From assembly GCF_009914755.1 (NCBI RefSeq), contig NC_060928.1: a stretch of 64,000 nucleotides of DNA. One strand, given 5' to 3'. Both the position numbers and the translations under genes were made by a program. The stretch's first letter is position 1. Every line of letters begins with the position of its first letter. Of the stretch, positions 13,501 to 26,934 are shown piece by piece. The notes under the pieces are model-generated. The model did not search any database. It was not told where the DNA came from and saw only the letters and a list, made by a program, of their open reading frames with translations. Origin of the DNA: the human T2T-CHM13v2.0 reference genome, Homo sapiens.

Positions 13501-14880
13501 GTTATTTTAAGGTTTACAGTATACATCTTTAACTTATCACAGTCTACCTTCAGGTGATATTATAGCATGTCAAATATAGATTAAGATACTTATACTTACT
13601 TATAATAGTATACTTCTATTCTCCCCTCTCAGCCTTTTTGCTATTATACAGTTTACTTTTATATATGTTATAAACCTCACACTACATGGTTATTATTTTG
13701 TGTCAAGAGCCAATTATACTTTAAAGAGATTAAAATAATAAGAGAAAATATCATATCCGACCTATGTAGTTACTACTCTGCTCTTTGATCCTTTGCATAG
13801 ATCCATATTTCCATCTAGTATCACTTTCATTCTGTTTGAAGCACATCCTTTAACATTTCTTGTACTACAGGCCTGCTAGTTATGAATTCTTTAAGCCGTT
13901 ATGTCTCAGAAGTCTATTTTGCTTTTATTCTTGAAAGATTATTTTCTGGGTATGAACTCTAGTTTGACTACTTTTTTTTAATTTCATGCTTTGAGGATAT
14001 TGTTCCACTGCATTCTCACTTGCATTATTTTCTAGAGAAATCTGCTGTAATCCATATCTTTGCTGCTTTGTATATAACATGTTTTCCCCACCCCACGCCT
14101 TTCTCTGGCTACTTTAAGATTTTCTCTTTATTATTTTGGGCAATTTAATTATAATGTGCCTTAGTGTGGTTTTTTCCCATTTTTATTGTGCTTGTGGGGC
14201 AATGAAATTCTTGTATCTGTGGGTGTACCATGTTCATCAAATTTGGAAATTTGCCAGCCATTATTTCTTCAGATATTTTTCTGTCCCTTCCTCTCCTCTC
14301 TTTCAGAAACCCCAGTTATACATATATTACGCCTCTTAAAGTTGTCTCAACTCAATGAGAAAGTCTCTGTTTCTTTTTAAAATTTTTGTTCTTTTTTTAT
14401 CTTTTTACTCTCTATATTTCTTTTTGGATAGTTTCTATTGCTGTCTTCAAGTTAGCTAATCTTTTGTTCTGCAATGTCCTCTCTGCTGTTAATCCTATCC
14501 AGTGTGTTTTTCATATTATACATTGTAATTTTCATCTGTAGTAGTTTGATTTATGTCTTTTCTATATCCTCCATGTTGATTGTATGTCCAATCTTTCCTC
14601 TAGCTTTTAGAACATACAGAACATGATTATAATAAGTGTTTTGATGACCTTGTCTGCTAATTTTAACATCTGTGTCAATTCTGGATCAGTCTTAACTGAT
14701 TGACTTTTCCTTCATTATGATTTGCATTTTCCTGCTTCATTGCATGGCTAGTAATTTTTTACTGGATGCCAGACTTTGTGATTTTTGCCTTTTAGGGTGC
14801 TGGATTTGTTTGTATTCCTATAAATATTCCTGAGCCTTGTTCTGAGATGTAGTCAACACATTTATAAACAGTTTGATCCT

Positions 14881-15176
14881 GGCCAGGCATGGAGACTCAT
14901 GCCTCTAATTCTACCACTTTGGGAAGCTAAGGTGGGAGGATCACTTGAGCCCAGGAGTTCAAGACCAACCTAGGCACCATAGTGAGAACCTGTCTCTACA
15001 AAAAATGGAAAAATTGGCCAGGCATGGTGGCATGTGCATGTAGTCCCAGCTACTCAGGAGGCTGAAGCAGGAGGATGGCTTGAACTTGGGAGATCAAGGC
15101 TGCTGTGAGCCATGATTACACCACTGCACTCTAGCCTGGGTGACAGAGCAAAACCCTGTCTAAAAAAACAAAAATG
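14881..15176 (+). mobile_element. AluJ
   Basis: Dimer with ggaggatcacttgagcccagg; TSD aaacagtttgatcct / aaacagtttcaccct. Confidence 0.92.
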
Positions 15177-17309
15177 AAACAGTTTCACCCTTTCAAAAGT
15201 TTTGCTTTGATGATTTGCTAAGGATGCTTGCAGAAATTATCAATCTAGGACTAATAATTTCCTCCTACTGAGGCAAGACTTTCCTGAGTTGTCTACCCAA
15301 TTTCCTGTGAATTACAAGATTTTCCAGTCTGGCTGGTAAGAGCAGGCACTACTCCTGACTGTGTGCGTGCTCTAAGTACTGGTATCACAGGTCCTTTTGG
15401 GGGTTCTTTCCCTGACTGTGTAATTTCCTTGCATGCATGTGCTGATCATTACTCAACTGAGCACTCAAGTTGGACTTCTGCATAACTCCAGAGCTGTCTT
15501 TCTTTGCAGCTCTCTCCATTCCATTAGTCTGCCTGTGAAATCCAGCCACTTTGATCTCCCCAGACTCAGCTCATTCTTTCAACTCGGGGGTTCCAGCAGA
15601 CTCCAGTGGGCAACCTCTCCCTGCAACGTGGCCAGGAATCTCTCAAGGCAGTAAGCTGGAGCAGTCCTTGGCCTCACCTTGTTTATTTCCCATCATTCAA
15701 TGATCACTTTCATGTCTGATGTCCAATTGCTTGAAAATCCCTGTTTCATTTGTTTCATGCCATTTTTTTTACTTGTTTAAGGTGAGAAGCTAAGTCTGGT
15801 CCCTGTTATTCCATTTTGGCCAGAAGCCTAGCAGCTCCATTTTAAGCCCTGAACCCTCCCTCCACATCGGGCTTCAGGTAAGTGGCAGGTACCTCCTATT
15901 CCTCCTCATGCAGAGATGGGATTCCCAGCATAGCCCTCTCCAAAGCAGTATGCTCCACAAAACTCCTTTTATTATGCACCCCTCAACCCTTTCATACCCT
16001 GCCTGTCAGTAAAGAGTGGGAGCATCCTTGCAACAAACTTTTGACAATTTTCTTTGAAAATACTTCTTCAACTAATTCCTCACTTTAATGTGTCATATTT
16101 ATTTTATTTGGTTATCTCAGTGAGAATTGAAGGCACTGATATACCTAGCGCCTGGCACATCATGGGTGCTCAGGGAGTCTCTATTGCCCTTAACTTTTTC
16201 AGATTCTGCCAGTCCACTACTCAACAAGTGAGCCGAGTCTTGTGGGGATTGAGATTCACAGAGAAGCACCTCTTTGCCATACCAGGTAGGACAGGAAACC
16301 ACCTGTTACCACCTGAATTAATTGCATCCACTATTTTCGAACTTAATACCAAAGAGAAATGGATGGTGTAACTTTTTACCCCATACACTGGATTCAAGAA
16401 AAATAAATGGGCATAGAGCTAATCCCTCCCCTAGGCCAGCCTTGGGGAAATTTGGAAAACAGGCAATTAAGCATGATCGAGCAGTTTGGCCCAGGAGGAA
16501 AATGACCTCCGCCTGCACATTGCTCTCTAGTGATCAATAATTCACAGCACTTGCCAGCCATGTGTGCAGCCCCCAGGCATCCATCCCTCCCACCAGCTGG
16601 TTCAGCCCTTTCAAGAGGTGCCCAAAGGCCTGATGCTCATCCCCACCTCCCACCTGGGCCTGGCCATGTCAGGAAAACAAGACTCCAAGCCTTTTGTGGG
16701 CAGGTTCCTGGGAGCGCTCATCTGGGACTTATGTCCTCCATCTATAAAGGGACTGCAGGGAATGAACTCTACCCAGCCTTCAGCAGGGAGATGGCATTCA
16801 TCTTTCCCACTGGCATTTCCAAGCCATCCTCTCATGACACTTCCTTCATGGAGCCTTCCTTGATTACTTCTGTGCTTCGAGTCATCATTAAGTCCATACC
16901 ACAGTTATTAACTATTCATTAATTTTAAAAATGATTGCTCACAAATTAAATATCAGGACTACAGGACATACTGGAGCAGAAACCAATGAACAGCACCCAA
17001 TCGTGCCTTGAGGGCTCCAGGAAGCCACAGTCCTGAGAAACAGATGGACAGGGGAACCAGATGGGACAGGTGGGACAGAGGAATGGGGAAACATGACTGC
17101 AAACCACATCAGCCACATCCCCTAGAGTGAGGTGGGGAGGAAGACCCATGCTGTCTCACCACTCCAGGGAGAGCGGACGCATCAGGGCACAGTGTTAGGG
17201 AAGCTCTGCATCTCTCAAGATATTCTGAAAAGGAACATCAGCCATGGCGAGAAGCCGAGGTTGCAGCCCCGCTCCCATGCCGCACCCTGGGCAAACACTC
17301 CTCAAGCAG

Positions 17310-17470
17310 GATTTCACTCCACTTCCACACACCCTGTGGGTAGGGACTCTTAGTGTCTCCCTTTCACAGATGGGAAAACTGAGGCTTAAAGAGGTTAAGC
17401 AACCTCAGCCAGGTCACACATGAGCAGTGGATAAGACCTGACGCCAGGAGGCCTGGCTGCAGAGCTGTGC
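17310..17470 (-). mobile_element. MIR
   Basis: ttcacagatgggaaaactgaggcttaaagaggttaagcaacc. Confidence 0.8.
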
Positions 17471-18055
17471 CCCAGACCTCTCCTGAACGCGGGGCACCAC
17501 CCCACGTAAACCCTCTGCCACAGCCCCAATGCTCCAGGGCCCTGCTCTGTGTCACTCACAGATCTGTTTTATCCCATTTCCCCCACTGTAATGTCATCTC
17601 TGTGGACAGGGATTTTTGCCTGTTTTGCTCACTGTGTTGTGTACCCTAGTGCCTGGTGTGTGGCAGGAATTTGTATTGTTGGGTGAATTTGTGGATGAAT
17701 GGATGATCAAGGAGGCCAGTAAGTGGCTCAGGTGGTCAGCCCCTCATCCTGCCCCTCCCCAACATCTCTGTGCCTCCTGCATGATGGTGGCACAGGCTGG
17801 CCAATGAGCTTCTGCATGGAAGATGGGGCAGGCTACTGGGGTATGTCATGGTGGGCCAAGCCAGGGGGCCATGTAGGGTGGTGGAACCAGTCCAGGTATT
17901 CCCTTGGGGAACCAGAGGGTTGAGTCCAGTGGGGCTATCAGAACCCACAAGGCCTTGAGAACCAAAGAAGTGATGATTGGTTCAAACAGGAGGGTGGCAA
18001 GGCCAGGCCATCATGGGGCAGGTCTCTGGAGGGGGCCAGGCTGGAACTGGGCCAG

Positions 18056-18441
18056 TGATATAAGTTGGCTCTATGTCCCCACCCAAGTCTCATGTCAAAT
18101 TGCAATCCTCAATGTTGGAGGAGGGGCCTGGTGGGAAGTGATTGGATCATGCGGGCAGACTTCTCCCTTGCTGTTCTGGTGATGCTGAGTGAGTTCTCAT
18201 GAGATCTGGTTGTTTAGAGGCATACGGCACTTCCCCCTTCTCTCTCTCTCTCCTGCTGGCCATGTGAATATGTGCCTACTTCCCCTTGGCTTTCTGCCAC
18301 GATTATAAGCTTCCTGAGGGAAGCTTACTACCCATATTTCCTGTACAGCCTGCAGAATTGTGAGTCAATTAAACCTATTTTCTTAATAAATTACCCAGTC
18401 TCAGGTAGTTCCTTATAGCAATGCGAGAACAGACTAATACA
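18056..18441 (+). mobile_element. MSTA-type MaLR solo LTR
   Basis: tgatata..ggaggggcctggtggga..aattgtgagtcaattaaacct..aattacccagtctcaggtagttc..gactaataca; 5-bp TSD gccag/gccgg. Confidence 0.9.
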
Positions 18442-18527
18442 GCCGGGCTCCATCCACTGGCTCTGCTGCAGGGCCTGAGTAAACTACTGTCCTCCAGGGA
18501 CCGGTAACACCAGGGACAATAAGGAGG

Positions 18528-18900
18528 CTTAATCAGGATCCTCTGATTGCAAGTGACAAAAAGCCAGCCTAAATTAGCTTAGCAAAAAAGGGGACACAAT
18601 TCCAGGCCCTGACAGTGGGCCCTGGGGCTTAAACTCCATGGGACCCTCTCTGCCTCTCCTCTCTGTTTCTCTCATGGGGTGGACACAGCCAGTAGCAGCT
18701 CCAAGGACATGTCCCACAGTGCCTTGGCCAGAGCCAGAGAAGGTATCACCACCCACTGCAATCCAAAAACCCAGGATGGACTCCAACAGGGTCAGCCGGG
18801 GCCCCTGCCTACCCATGGCCAACCCCACAGACAGGGAGGTCTGGTCTTCAGCCTGTCCAGGGTCGTGGTGCTGAAGACTTGATGGGGTAGGGGATGCTAT
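18528..18900 (-). mobile_element. Old MaLR LTR (MLT1K/L-like)
   Basis: gattgcaagtgacaaaaagccagcctaaattagcttagcaaaaaaggg. Confidence 0.55.
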
Positions 18901-19379
18901 AAGAGCCTCCCCCCGAGTGCTCTGGCGTCTTTCTGCATTCCACTCCAAGGCCTCTGCCCACACCACTGGGCCTGGAGCGCATGCTCAAGTGTGAGTGAAA
19001 GTCAGTGGCCCCACGCCAACCCCCCACCCATCTGAACTGATAATCCCTGGAGAACTACTGCTGTTTTTTAGAGATCAGTTCTGGAGCCCTCTGTATAATT
19101 CTCAGTAGACTGGAGCCCCCATCCCTACAGCAGGGACTCGAATGATGTGCCCTAGGATCTCATCCCAAATAAACTGCCTGCACCCACATGCCAGGCTCAG
19201 GCACTACTTTCATGGAATGCAAACTAAGAGACACCACAGAGAGGAGACCTGGGGTTTGGAGAACACACAGCAATGACACAGGTGCATACCGCTCCAAAAG
19301 GAGCAAGCCAGCCTTTGGCAGGAGGGAGGCCTGTCAAAGGCATGGGCCCCAGGTATGGGACTGAACTTCAGGGTTAGGA

Positions 19380-19910
19380 TTCTGACCTGCCAAGACAATG
19401 ATGTCCTCCCAGTGGCCTGGGGACCCTATAGGATCTGCTTCCCCTCCCCAGTCTCCCTCCTCACTCCATTCCAACACACCAACCTCCCAGCTGTTCCTCC
19501 AGCTCAACATGCATACCCTGCCTCGGGGACTTTGCATCTGCTATTTCCTCCCCTGGGCCATTCTTCCCTCAGATACCTGCAAGCCTCAGCCCCTCACTTT
19601 GCACAAGACTTGACTCAAATGTCACCTTCCTAATGAGGCCAACCAGGTTCCCCCTACCTGCAATTGCAACCAGCACGCCTGCCATCCACCCACCCACACA
19701 CAAGCACACACGCACGCGCGCGCACATACACACACCCCTCCTGGTCCCCCTTTCTGGGCTTTGCTTTAAAATTCGTTGTTTATCAGGACTATTGTCTGTC
19801 TCCCTCAATCAGAATGTCAGCTTCAGGGAGCTGGGGTGGGGGGCGTGTGGACATGGAGGAGAGTCTGGGGGCTTCTGTCTTTTTCACTGTCCTATCCCAA
19901 GCAGGCCACA
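19380..19910 (+). mobile_element. L2 3' region
   Basis: cctcggggactttgcatctgctatttcc..actcaaatgtcaccttcct..agaatgtcagcttc. Confidence 0.7.
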
Positions 19911-20239
19911 CAGGAGGTAGCAGCACAGCTTAGCAAAGGCATGGTGCTGGGGAGAGGTGGGAGTTGTGTGCAACATAAAAATGGCACAATGCATCCTGCC
20001 CATCAAGATGACACACTCCGTACATCTGGTACACTAACAGTGCTGTGTTAGAAATCTGACACATACTAGATCGATCTAGTGCAAAATGAAAGATAAATTT
20101 ATGCCAGTGCCTTCCTGAAGGAGAAGCCCGTGTCTGTAGCCAGCTCTCCACACCCGCAGCGGAACACACCCTTGAAGGACGGCAGACACGGAGGGGTGGA
20201 CCTGGCTTCGCCCTCATTGCTCCCAACAGTTCCCTGTCT

Positions 20240-20560
20240 TCTGGTTTGCATTTAAATCCACGCCCAGCCCCCAACCTGATTAATGGTTTTCTCTTTCTGT
20301 CGACTCTTTAGTCGGGAGCCGTAGCTTTAAAATCACGCAGCCTCGGTGTATTCTGTTACCTAGCAACAGCCATAAATCAACAGAACATGCTGGAATGTTA
20401 AAGCAAACCTTCCTGGCTGTTAGATGCGTTGGCCTTTTTTAATCCAAACGTGCTCATTTGCCCCACGCCTCGGCTACACCCAGCTTCGAGCCTGCAGCGT
20501 ACCTGGGTTTGCACATTTTTTAAACCACCTTAGGGTCTGTCTGATTTTTCCGCCTGAGTC
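20240..20560. promoter_or_regulatory. Candidate enhancer: RFX X-box plus two PBX-HOX composite sites
   Basis: GTTACCTAGCAAC (20355-20367), CCATAAATCA = rc TGATTTATGG (20370-20379) and TGATTAATGG (20277-20286) in non-repetitive, CpG-containing DNA. Confidence 0.55.
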
Positions 20561-22277
20561 TTTTGTGCTTTCTTGGCACTCTGGCCAACACCCAGGGACA
20601 GGATCAGGCAGGCTCTGCTGACACGGCTGGGGCAGGACCCATTGGTCTAGCCTGAATGCCTCCGTCTCAGCCCTACAGCCAGGGGGCCCATACCAGCCCT
20701 GCAGTATCTAGAAACACAGGGGACGCAGGAGATCCTGGTTCCTTACCATAGGTCCCCAAATCGCCGTCAACCTGGTCCGCTGGGTGGGTTAATATGGGTG
20801 TGAAGGCCCTCCCCGGGGTGTCCAGGGGAATCCCTCACTCTCCCCACATTGGACCCTCTAACACATTCAATCATTCATTCACTTATTCAACAGACAGGAA
20901 CACAGCACCTCCCGCATGCCAGGCCTTGCCCTCAAAGAGCTTGCATCCTACTGGGGCAAGGAGCTGAATGTAACACCGAAGCACTGGTCTCCAAGACGGA
21001 GGGCCACCTGGACCACACGGGTGCCAGATGCCCAGAATACAAGAGGGAGTGACACAAACCCAGCCCCTAACTCAGACATTCACAGCCCAGGTGGAGGCCA
21101 GCAAGCACCCAGGGCACCAAGCACACGCGGCACGCCGTCCAGGTGGGAGCCCCGGGCACAGGGAGGCATCAGCTGGGAGCAGGGCAGACAGGCATCCTGG
21201 GACACAGGTCAGGGATGCATGGGAAGGGAGGAGGCCATACTTGGCCCTTCCTGGAGTGTGGCTGGAGAGCCTGGGGCCAACGCTCATGCAACTGCACCCA
21301 GCTGCTGCTGCCAGGGTGGAAGCAAGGGGAAACCTGAGTAAAAGGGTTTTATTCAGAGAACTCTCCTGGCTGCCCTGTCCAGAGGCTGCCCTGAGACCAG
21401 GATGGTGGTGGCCTGGCCCAGGAACATACTGTTGGGAGGACTCTGCTGTCCCTGTGACAGGGGAAGCTGTCCACGCAGCGAGGTTGCTGGAGGAAGAGCA
21501 ACTTGGGGAGGCCAACAAGCTGGTGGGCACAGCCTGCCAACACCCCATCCCACAGCTGAGGGCCCTGCCTCTCCTACCCATCCAGCCTGCCCTGCCAAGG
21601 GGCTACGCGGCCTCCACAGCCAGCATGAAGTCCTCAGGCTGAGAGCCACAGTGTGGGGTGAGTATCAGGGCCACACAGCCTGGTCCACTCTGCCACTCGC
21701 ATGTCTGCCACACCTGGGTCCACCCAAGTGACATCAAGCCATCGTCGGCACAGGGAATGCCATATGGCTATCGAGGAGGCTGGAAGGACAGTTGGCCCCA
21801 GAACACAGCAGCTGGGGCAGGCCTGGGGCCCATGCAGACCAGCACCCACGAAAACAGTGTCCCGGGCACTCCCAGATCACCGGTGCCTGGCACAGTACCT
21901 GGCATGCAGAGGGGCTCGCAACCTGGGGATGAGTGTGACAGCTGCCGGATCCCACCTGGGATGAGCCATGTCCCTGCCCGCCCCCACACTCTATGTCCTC
22001 CTGGTGAGGGAACAGGCACGGGATCAGGTCTGGGTTCATCCCATGCTCTGGCAGTGATTCCAAGAGAAAGCAACATTGCACGAGGGTGACAGTGAGGTGA
22101 GGATACTTTCTCCACCTGGAAATGGAGATAGTAGGTCACTGAGCCTTCCTCCAGGGGATGTGGTGAAAATCAGCTAAAAGATGCCAAGGCGCTTTGAAAC
22201 AGAACTGCTGCCGGGAGGGAGAGGAGGCTCTTCGGCTGGCCCTTCCGAGTTTCTCCTGCTGGATAACTTTTGCGTGG

Positions 22278-22735
22278 TGTATGAGTTCCCAGGCTGCCAT
22301 TATAAATTACCACAAAGTCTGTGGCTTAAAACAACAGAAACATGTCCTCTCACAGTTCTGGATGCATCTTAGAGGGCTAAAATCAAAATGTTGGCAGGGC
22401 CAGTGCCTTCCAGAAGCTTCAGGGAGACTCTGTCCCAGGGCCCCCTCCCGGCTCTCCATGGCGGCACTCCTTGGTGCCCCTTGGCTTGTGAACACATCAC
22501 CCCAGTCTCTGCCTCCTCCTCTGTATCTCCCTAACCCCCCTCTCTTTTCTCTTATGAGAACACCAGTCATGGGATTTAGGACCAGTTACCAGAGAGCAAA
22601 ACCAGGACAATCTCGTCTTGAGATCTTATTTAATTACTTCTGCAAAGACTCTTATTTCCAAATGTGTCACATTCACAGTTACTGCAAATTAGATCTTGGA
22701 CATATTTTGCGGGGGGGCAAAGTTCAGCCCTCTAT
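22278..22735 (-). mobile_element. MLT1C-like MaLR LTR
   Basis: aaattaccacaaa..ggcttaaaacaacagaaa..ctcacagttctgga..ttcttatgagaacaccagtcat..ctgcaaagactcttatttccaaat. Confidence 0.85.
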
Positions 22736-23058
22736 TTATGGAAAGAAAATCCTAACTTTGAAAGAAACACATTCATAGTGTGAAAATAATCAGACCAAAG
22801 AATCATCCCATCTGGACCCCACCAGCCCAGGCCTCTGAGGATGGGATTTACTGAGAGCTGATCTGTGAAATGGACGCAACAGAGGCTTTGCTTGGACACC
22901 CATCCTTGCATTTCCAGTGAACACCCACCTACAATCAACATGTGATGAAGGGAGGAGGGAAGGGCCATGTTAGGGGAAGAAGAGCCAAGTCTAGGTGTGA
23001 GTCCATTTGGAATCATGGATATTCCCTAGGCACCTTCTGTGCGTTAAAGTCTGTGATA

Positions 23059-23388
<330 letters not shown>

Positions 23389-23749
23389 GTCTGTGATGGA
23401 CACAGGGAGTGTGACAATGCCATACGTATGGACGGGGGTGGGAGGGCCATAGTAAATAGCAGGGCAGGTATAAGAGCGTGATCCATAGACTGTGCCAAAC
23501 AACAACTGCCCTCTCTTCCTGAGGGATGGAGAAGTTCCATAGGCCTTTAAGGGGACAATGCTTGATCTGAGTCCACACCTGAGCAGCAGTCATTCAGGGA
23601 AAAGAGGGAGGAGGCACCCCAACTGAGGAAACAGCACCATGAGCACTGGCAGGACACCCAGCAGCAGGGTGTGATCATGGGTGCAAGAGGAAGAGTGGCC
23701 AGCTACTTATTTTCAGAAGAGAAATAGATGGAGGTGGCAGGGAAGTGGG

Positions 23750-25010
23750 GAAAACGTGCCCTACCAGATAGCAAGGTTGTCACAATACTTAAGGCCGTGT
23801 GATATTGGTGCAAGGACAGACAAACAGGCCCACAGAACAAAATGGAATCCACACTGTGCATATCAGGAAATGGCATAGTACAGAGAGGATGTTCCAGACC
23901 AGTGGGAACAGGTAAACCATTTACTCGGTGGTGCTGGGAGATTGTTTTCCTTTTGGAAAAGAAAAAAAAACTAAAATCCCTACCTCAAACCCTAGACAAA
24001 AATAAATACTAAGTAAACTAAAGATTTAACCATGAAAAGCAAAACTGAAAAACTTGTGCAAGACATTATAGAAAACTTGTTATTATAACCCTGGGCTAGG
24101 ATAAGACTTCTTCAGCAAGCCCAAAGTACAAACCATCAACAGAGCATTGCCTTCTGCTACATTAAAATCATCATAAAGCGAAAAGACAAGCTACATGCAG
24201 GGAGAATGCATTTGCCACAGCTAAAATGAACAATGATTAACAGAGAAAGTACACAAGGCCCTTCAAGATGGCAACAAGAAGTCAAAGGACCCAAAAAGAG
24301 GGTTTGCACAAATCAGGGAACAGTGTTTTCTAGAAGAGGTCATGAGAAGTGCCTTAAAACATATGAAAGGCTCTGCAGGGAAATGGAAATTAAAATCACA
24401 TGAGAGACCATTAGCAGTCACCAGATTGGCAAAATCTAAAAGCCTGCGAATGTGGAGAGCTGGCGAGGACTTACAGCATCCATACGCTGTTGGCTTTGGT
24501 GCCAGTACATACAGTAAAGCTGACGTGCACACCCAAACCCCAGCAATTTCTCTCCAGTAAACACCCTAGTGAAACTCTTAGAGTCCAAATCTTGGGAGAC
24601 ACGATCGTGCAAATAAGGGAACAGGGCACAGCCATAGAAATTAGCACATCACCCTACACACATCGACAAGGAATACGAAATGAAGGAAGCCAGGTTCCTG
24701 AAGAACACACACAGCATGTTCCATTATATAAAAATCCAAAATCTTTGCGCAGCTCAACACTAGATGGTTTAAGCCTATATCTTTGTGATGCAACTTAAAA
24801 CCAGGCAATGGTGGAATTAATATTAGGACAGTGGTTACTTTCATGGGCAGGGAGAAACTCAGAGAATAGTAGGCTCAATGCTAAGCACGGATCCACAGAT
24901 GCTGCAATTTATTACCATGCTCCACAACCTACACAAATGATGATACAGTCTGTTGTATGTATCAAATATTTCATAATTTTAAATGCATAAAAATAGAAAT
25001 TTAAAGTATC
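23750..25010 (+). mobile_element. Old L1ME ORF2-end/3' UTR remnant
   Basis: gtgatattggtgcaaggacagacaaac, cagggaaatggaaattaaaatcaca, accagattggcaaaa, cccagcaatttctctcc. Confidence 0.7.
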
Positions 25011-25959
25011 AAGGATTAAAAAAATAGCAATGGGGTGGAGATAATTCATTGGGTGTGCCGTGAATACTAATGAGGGTCAGCAGTTTGGAAAGGGGACCAT
25101 GGGAGGTGACACCCTGCAGTGCGAGCTCCAAGGTGGAGGAGCTGGTGTCTATGCACGGTGACGTTGGGGAGCAACAGTTCACTCACCCAGACGGCAAACC
25201 CACCCACTGAGCCCAGTGAGCTCCCGGGCTGTGCTAGGGCCTGCACGGGGACATGAGTGACTCAAACAGTCATCAATGGGGAAAAGGACTCTTCTCAAGC
25301 CTTGAACATTGCCATGTTTCTTGATGGGGCTGGTATTGAAATGGGGGTCCCTGAATCTACACCTCTGATCTTTTTGGTGACAGAAAAGGCAGCTAGACAG
25401 TATCATATTCTTCTCCCTCTCCCCTCTCTCTCCTCTCTCCCCGTCCCTCTCCCTCTCCCTCTGGAACTTCATCTAACTTGGGAGACATACCCAAGTTAGA
25501 CAGCTCAGGGCAAAGCGGACCACACAGCCAGTCTGGCAGGCAAAAGTGGCCAGGACGTGGTGCCCAAGGCAGATTGGGAGGGGAAAAGCAAACCAGGCGG
25601 CTACTCCTGCTTTCAGGTGCCCTCACTAGGCTGGGGACCTCAGGAGCTGGGACTCCTTCATCCATTCAGTGCTTGGGTGTGTTGAGTGACTAAACAAAAA
25701 ACCCAACTATGAGCAGCCCAGGGGAAGGACTGACTCACCCATCTCCAGTCCTCCCAGGTGTCTGGCTCAGGAAATATTGAGGGAATCAGATAGGCATGAA
25801 GTACATTCTGGAGCACTGTGGAGCGCAACCCTGCCCCCTTCAGCCTCACCCCACCCCATCCTTCTCTCCCTTCGGCTGCATGAGTCCTCTCGCAGTGCCT
25901 CCGACAGGCCACACACAGTCCTACCTCTGGACCTTCACACCTGCCTAGGCAGGGTACTT

Positions 25960-26265
25960 CCTTCAAGACCAGACGCTTGGCACCCTCATTGGAAAGGGAT
26001 TTTCAATGTGATGTTTTCCTCCCACATTCTTGTCCTTCCCTCCAATGTTGGCCAAAGTGTGCTGACGAAAATGCATCAAGGGCTCAGTTCTGCCTAATGG
26101 GTCATCTAGGGTTTTATAAAGCAGGAGGAGATGATTTTTTTTGTCTTTTCAAACTTGCTGCGGAGTGGTCATTTCTGTATATAAAAATTTGTAATATTTA
26201 AGGTATATTTATCTTACTGTTCTGAATAAACAGAATGGACCATTGAACCATAAAAAAAAAAAAAA
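25960..26265 (+). pseudogene. Probable processed (retroposed) mRNA 3'-UTR fragment, parent gene unidentified
   Basis: AATAAA 26225-26230, 21 nt spacer, genomic A14 at 26252-26265, upstream TGTA motifs; interrupts an L2 fragment; 5' boundary approximate. Confidence 0.6.
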
Positions 26266-26631
26266 CAACTCCTACCCCAGACACCTGCTGGGCTCCCTCC
26301 TTACTTCATTCAGCTGCCTGCGCCCAAGGTCCCTTTCTCCACTGACCACCCAATGCAAGGGTATGCCCCTCCCCACCAAGCCACTCTCCTTCCTCCTTCC
26401 AGGCTTCCTTCCCCTTTCTTCTTCCAAGTTTTTACACCACCAGTGATTAGACACAGGAATTATTTGTTGATCCATGTATTTCTGCCTGCTCCCACTAGTT
26501 GTGAGCTTCAGGAGGAGGAAACTTCTGGCTTTTTTCACCACTGTGTCCCCAGGCTAGAAATGTTTGTTCCTAACAACACCAGGTCCTTAATCAACATGAA
26601 ATGAATTAAGATTGCAGTGGCAGAAGGTATT

Positions 26632-26934
<303 letters not shown>

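Larger units (their letters stand above)
9800..15830 (-). mobile_element. Old L1 (L1MC/MD/M4-like), ~6 kb antisense copy from ORF2 through ORF1 to 5' UTR, degenerate
   Basis: Continuous antisense L1 motifs (ccaaagtggttatatcatttt, catctgggcctggagttttc, ctctcttctgcttactttggg, ORF1-region gagaaatctgctgtaatc); many stop codons. Confidence 0.85.

Noticed and set aside
20065-20080. Perfect 16-bp palindrome ACTAGATCGATCTAGT
   Set aside because: About one 8-bp-arm palindrome is expected by chance in 64 kb (4^-8 per position)
20849-22139. Cluster of overlapping 100-200 aa ORFs on both strands
   Set aside because: GC-rich, stop-poor DNA; no homology recognised and no consistent exon structure
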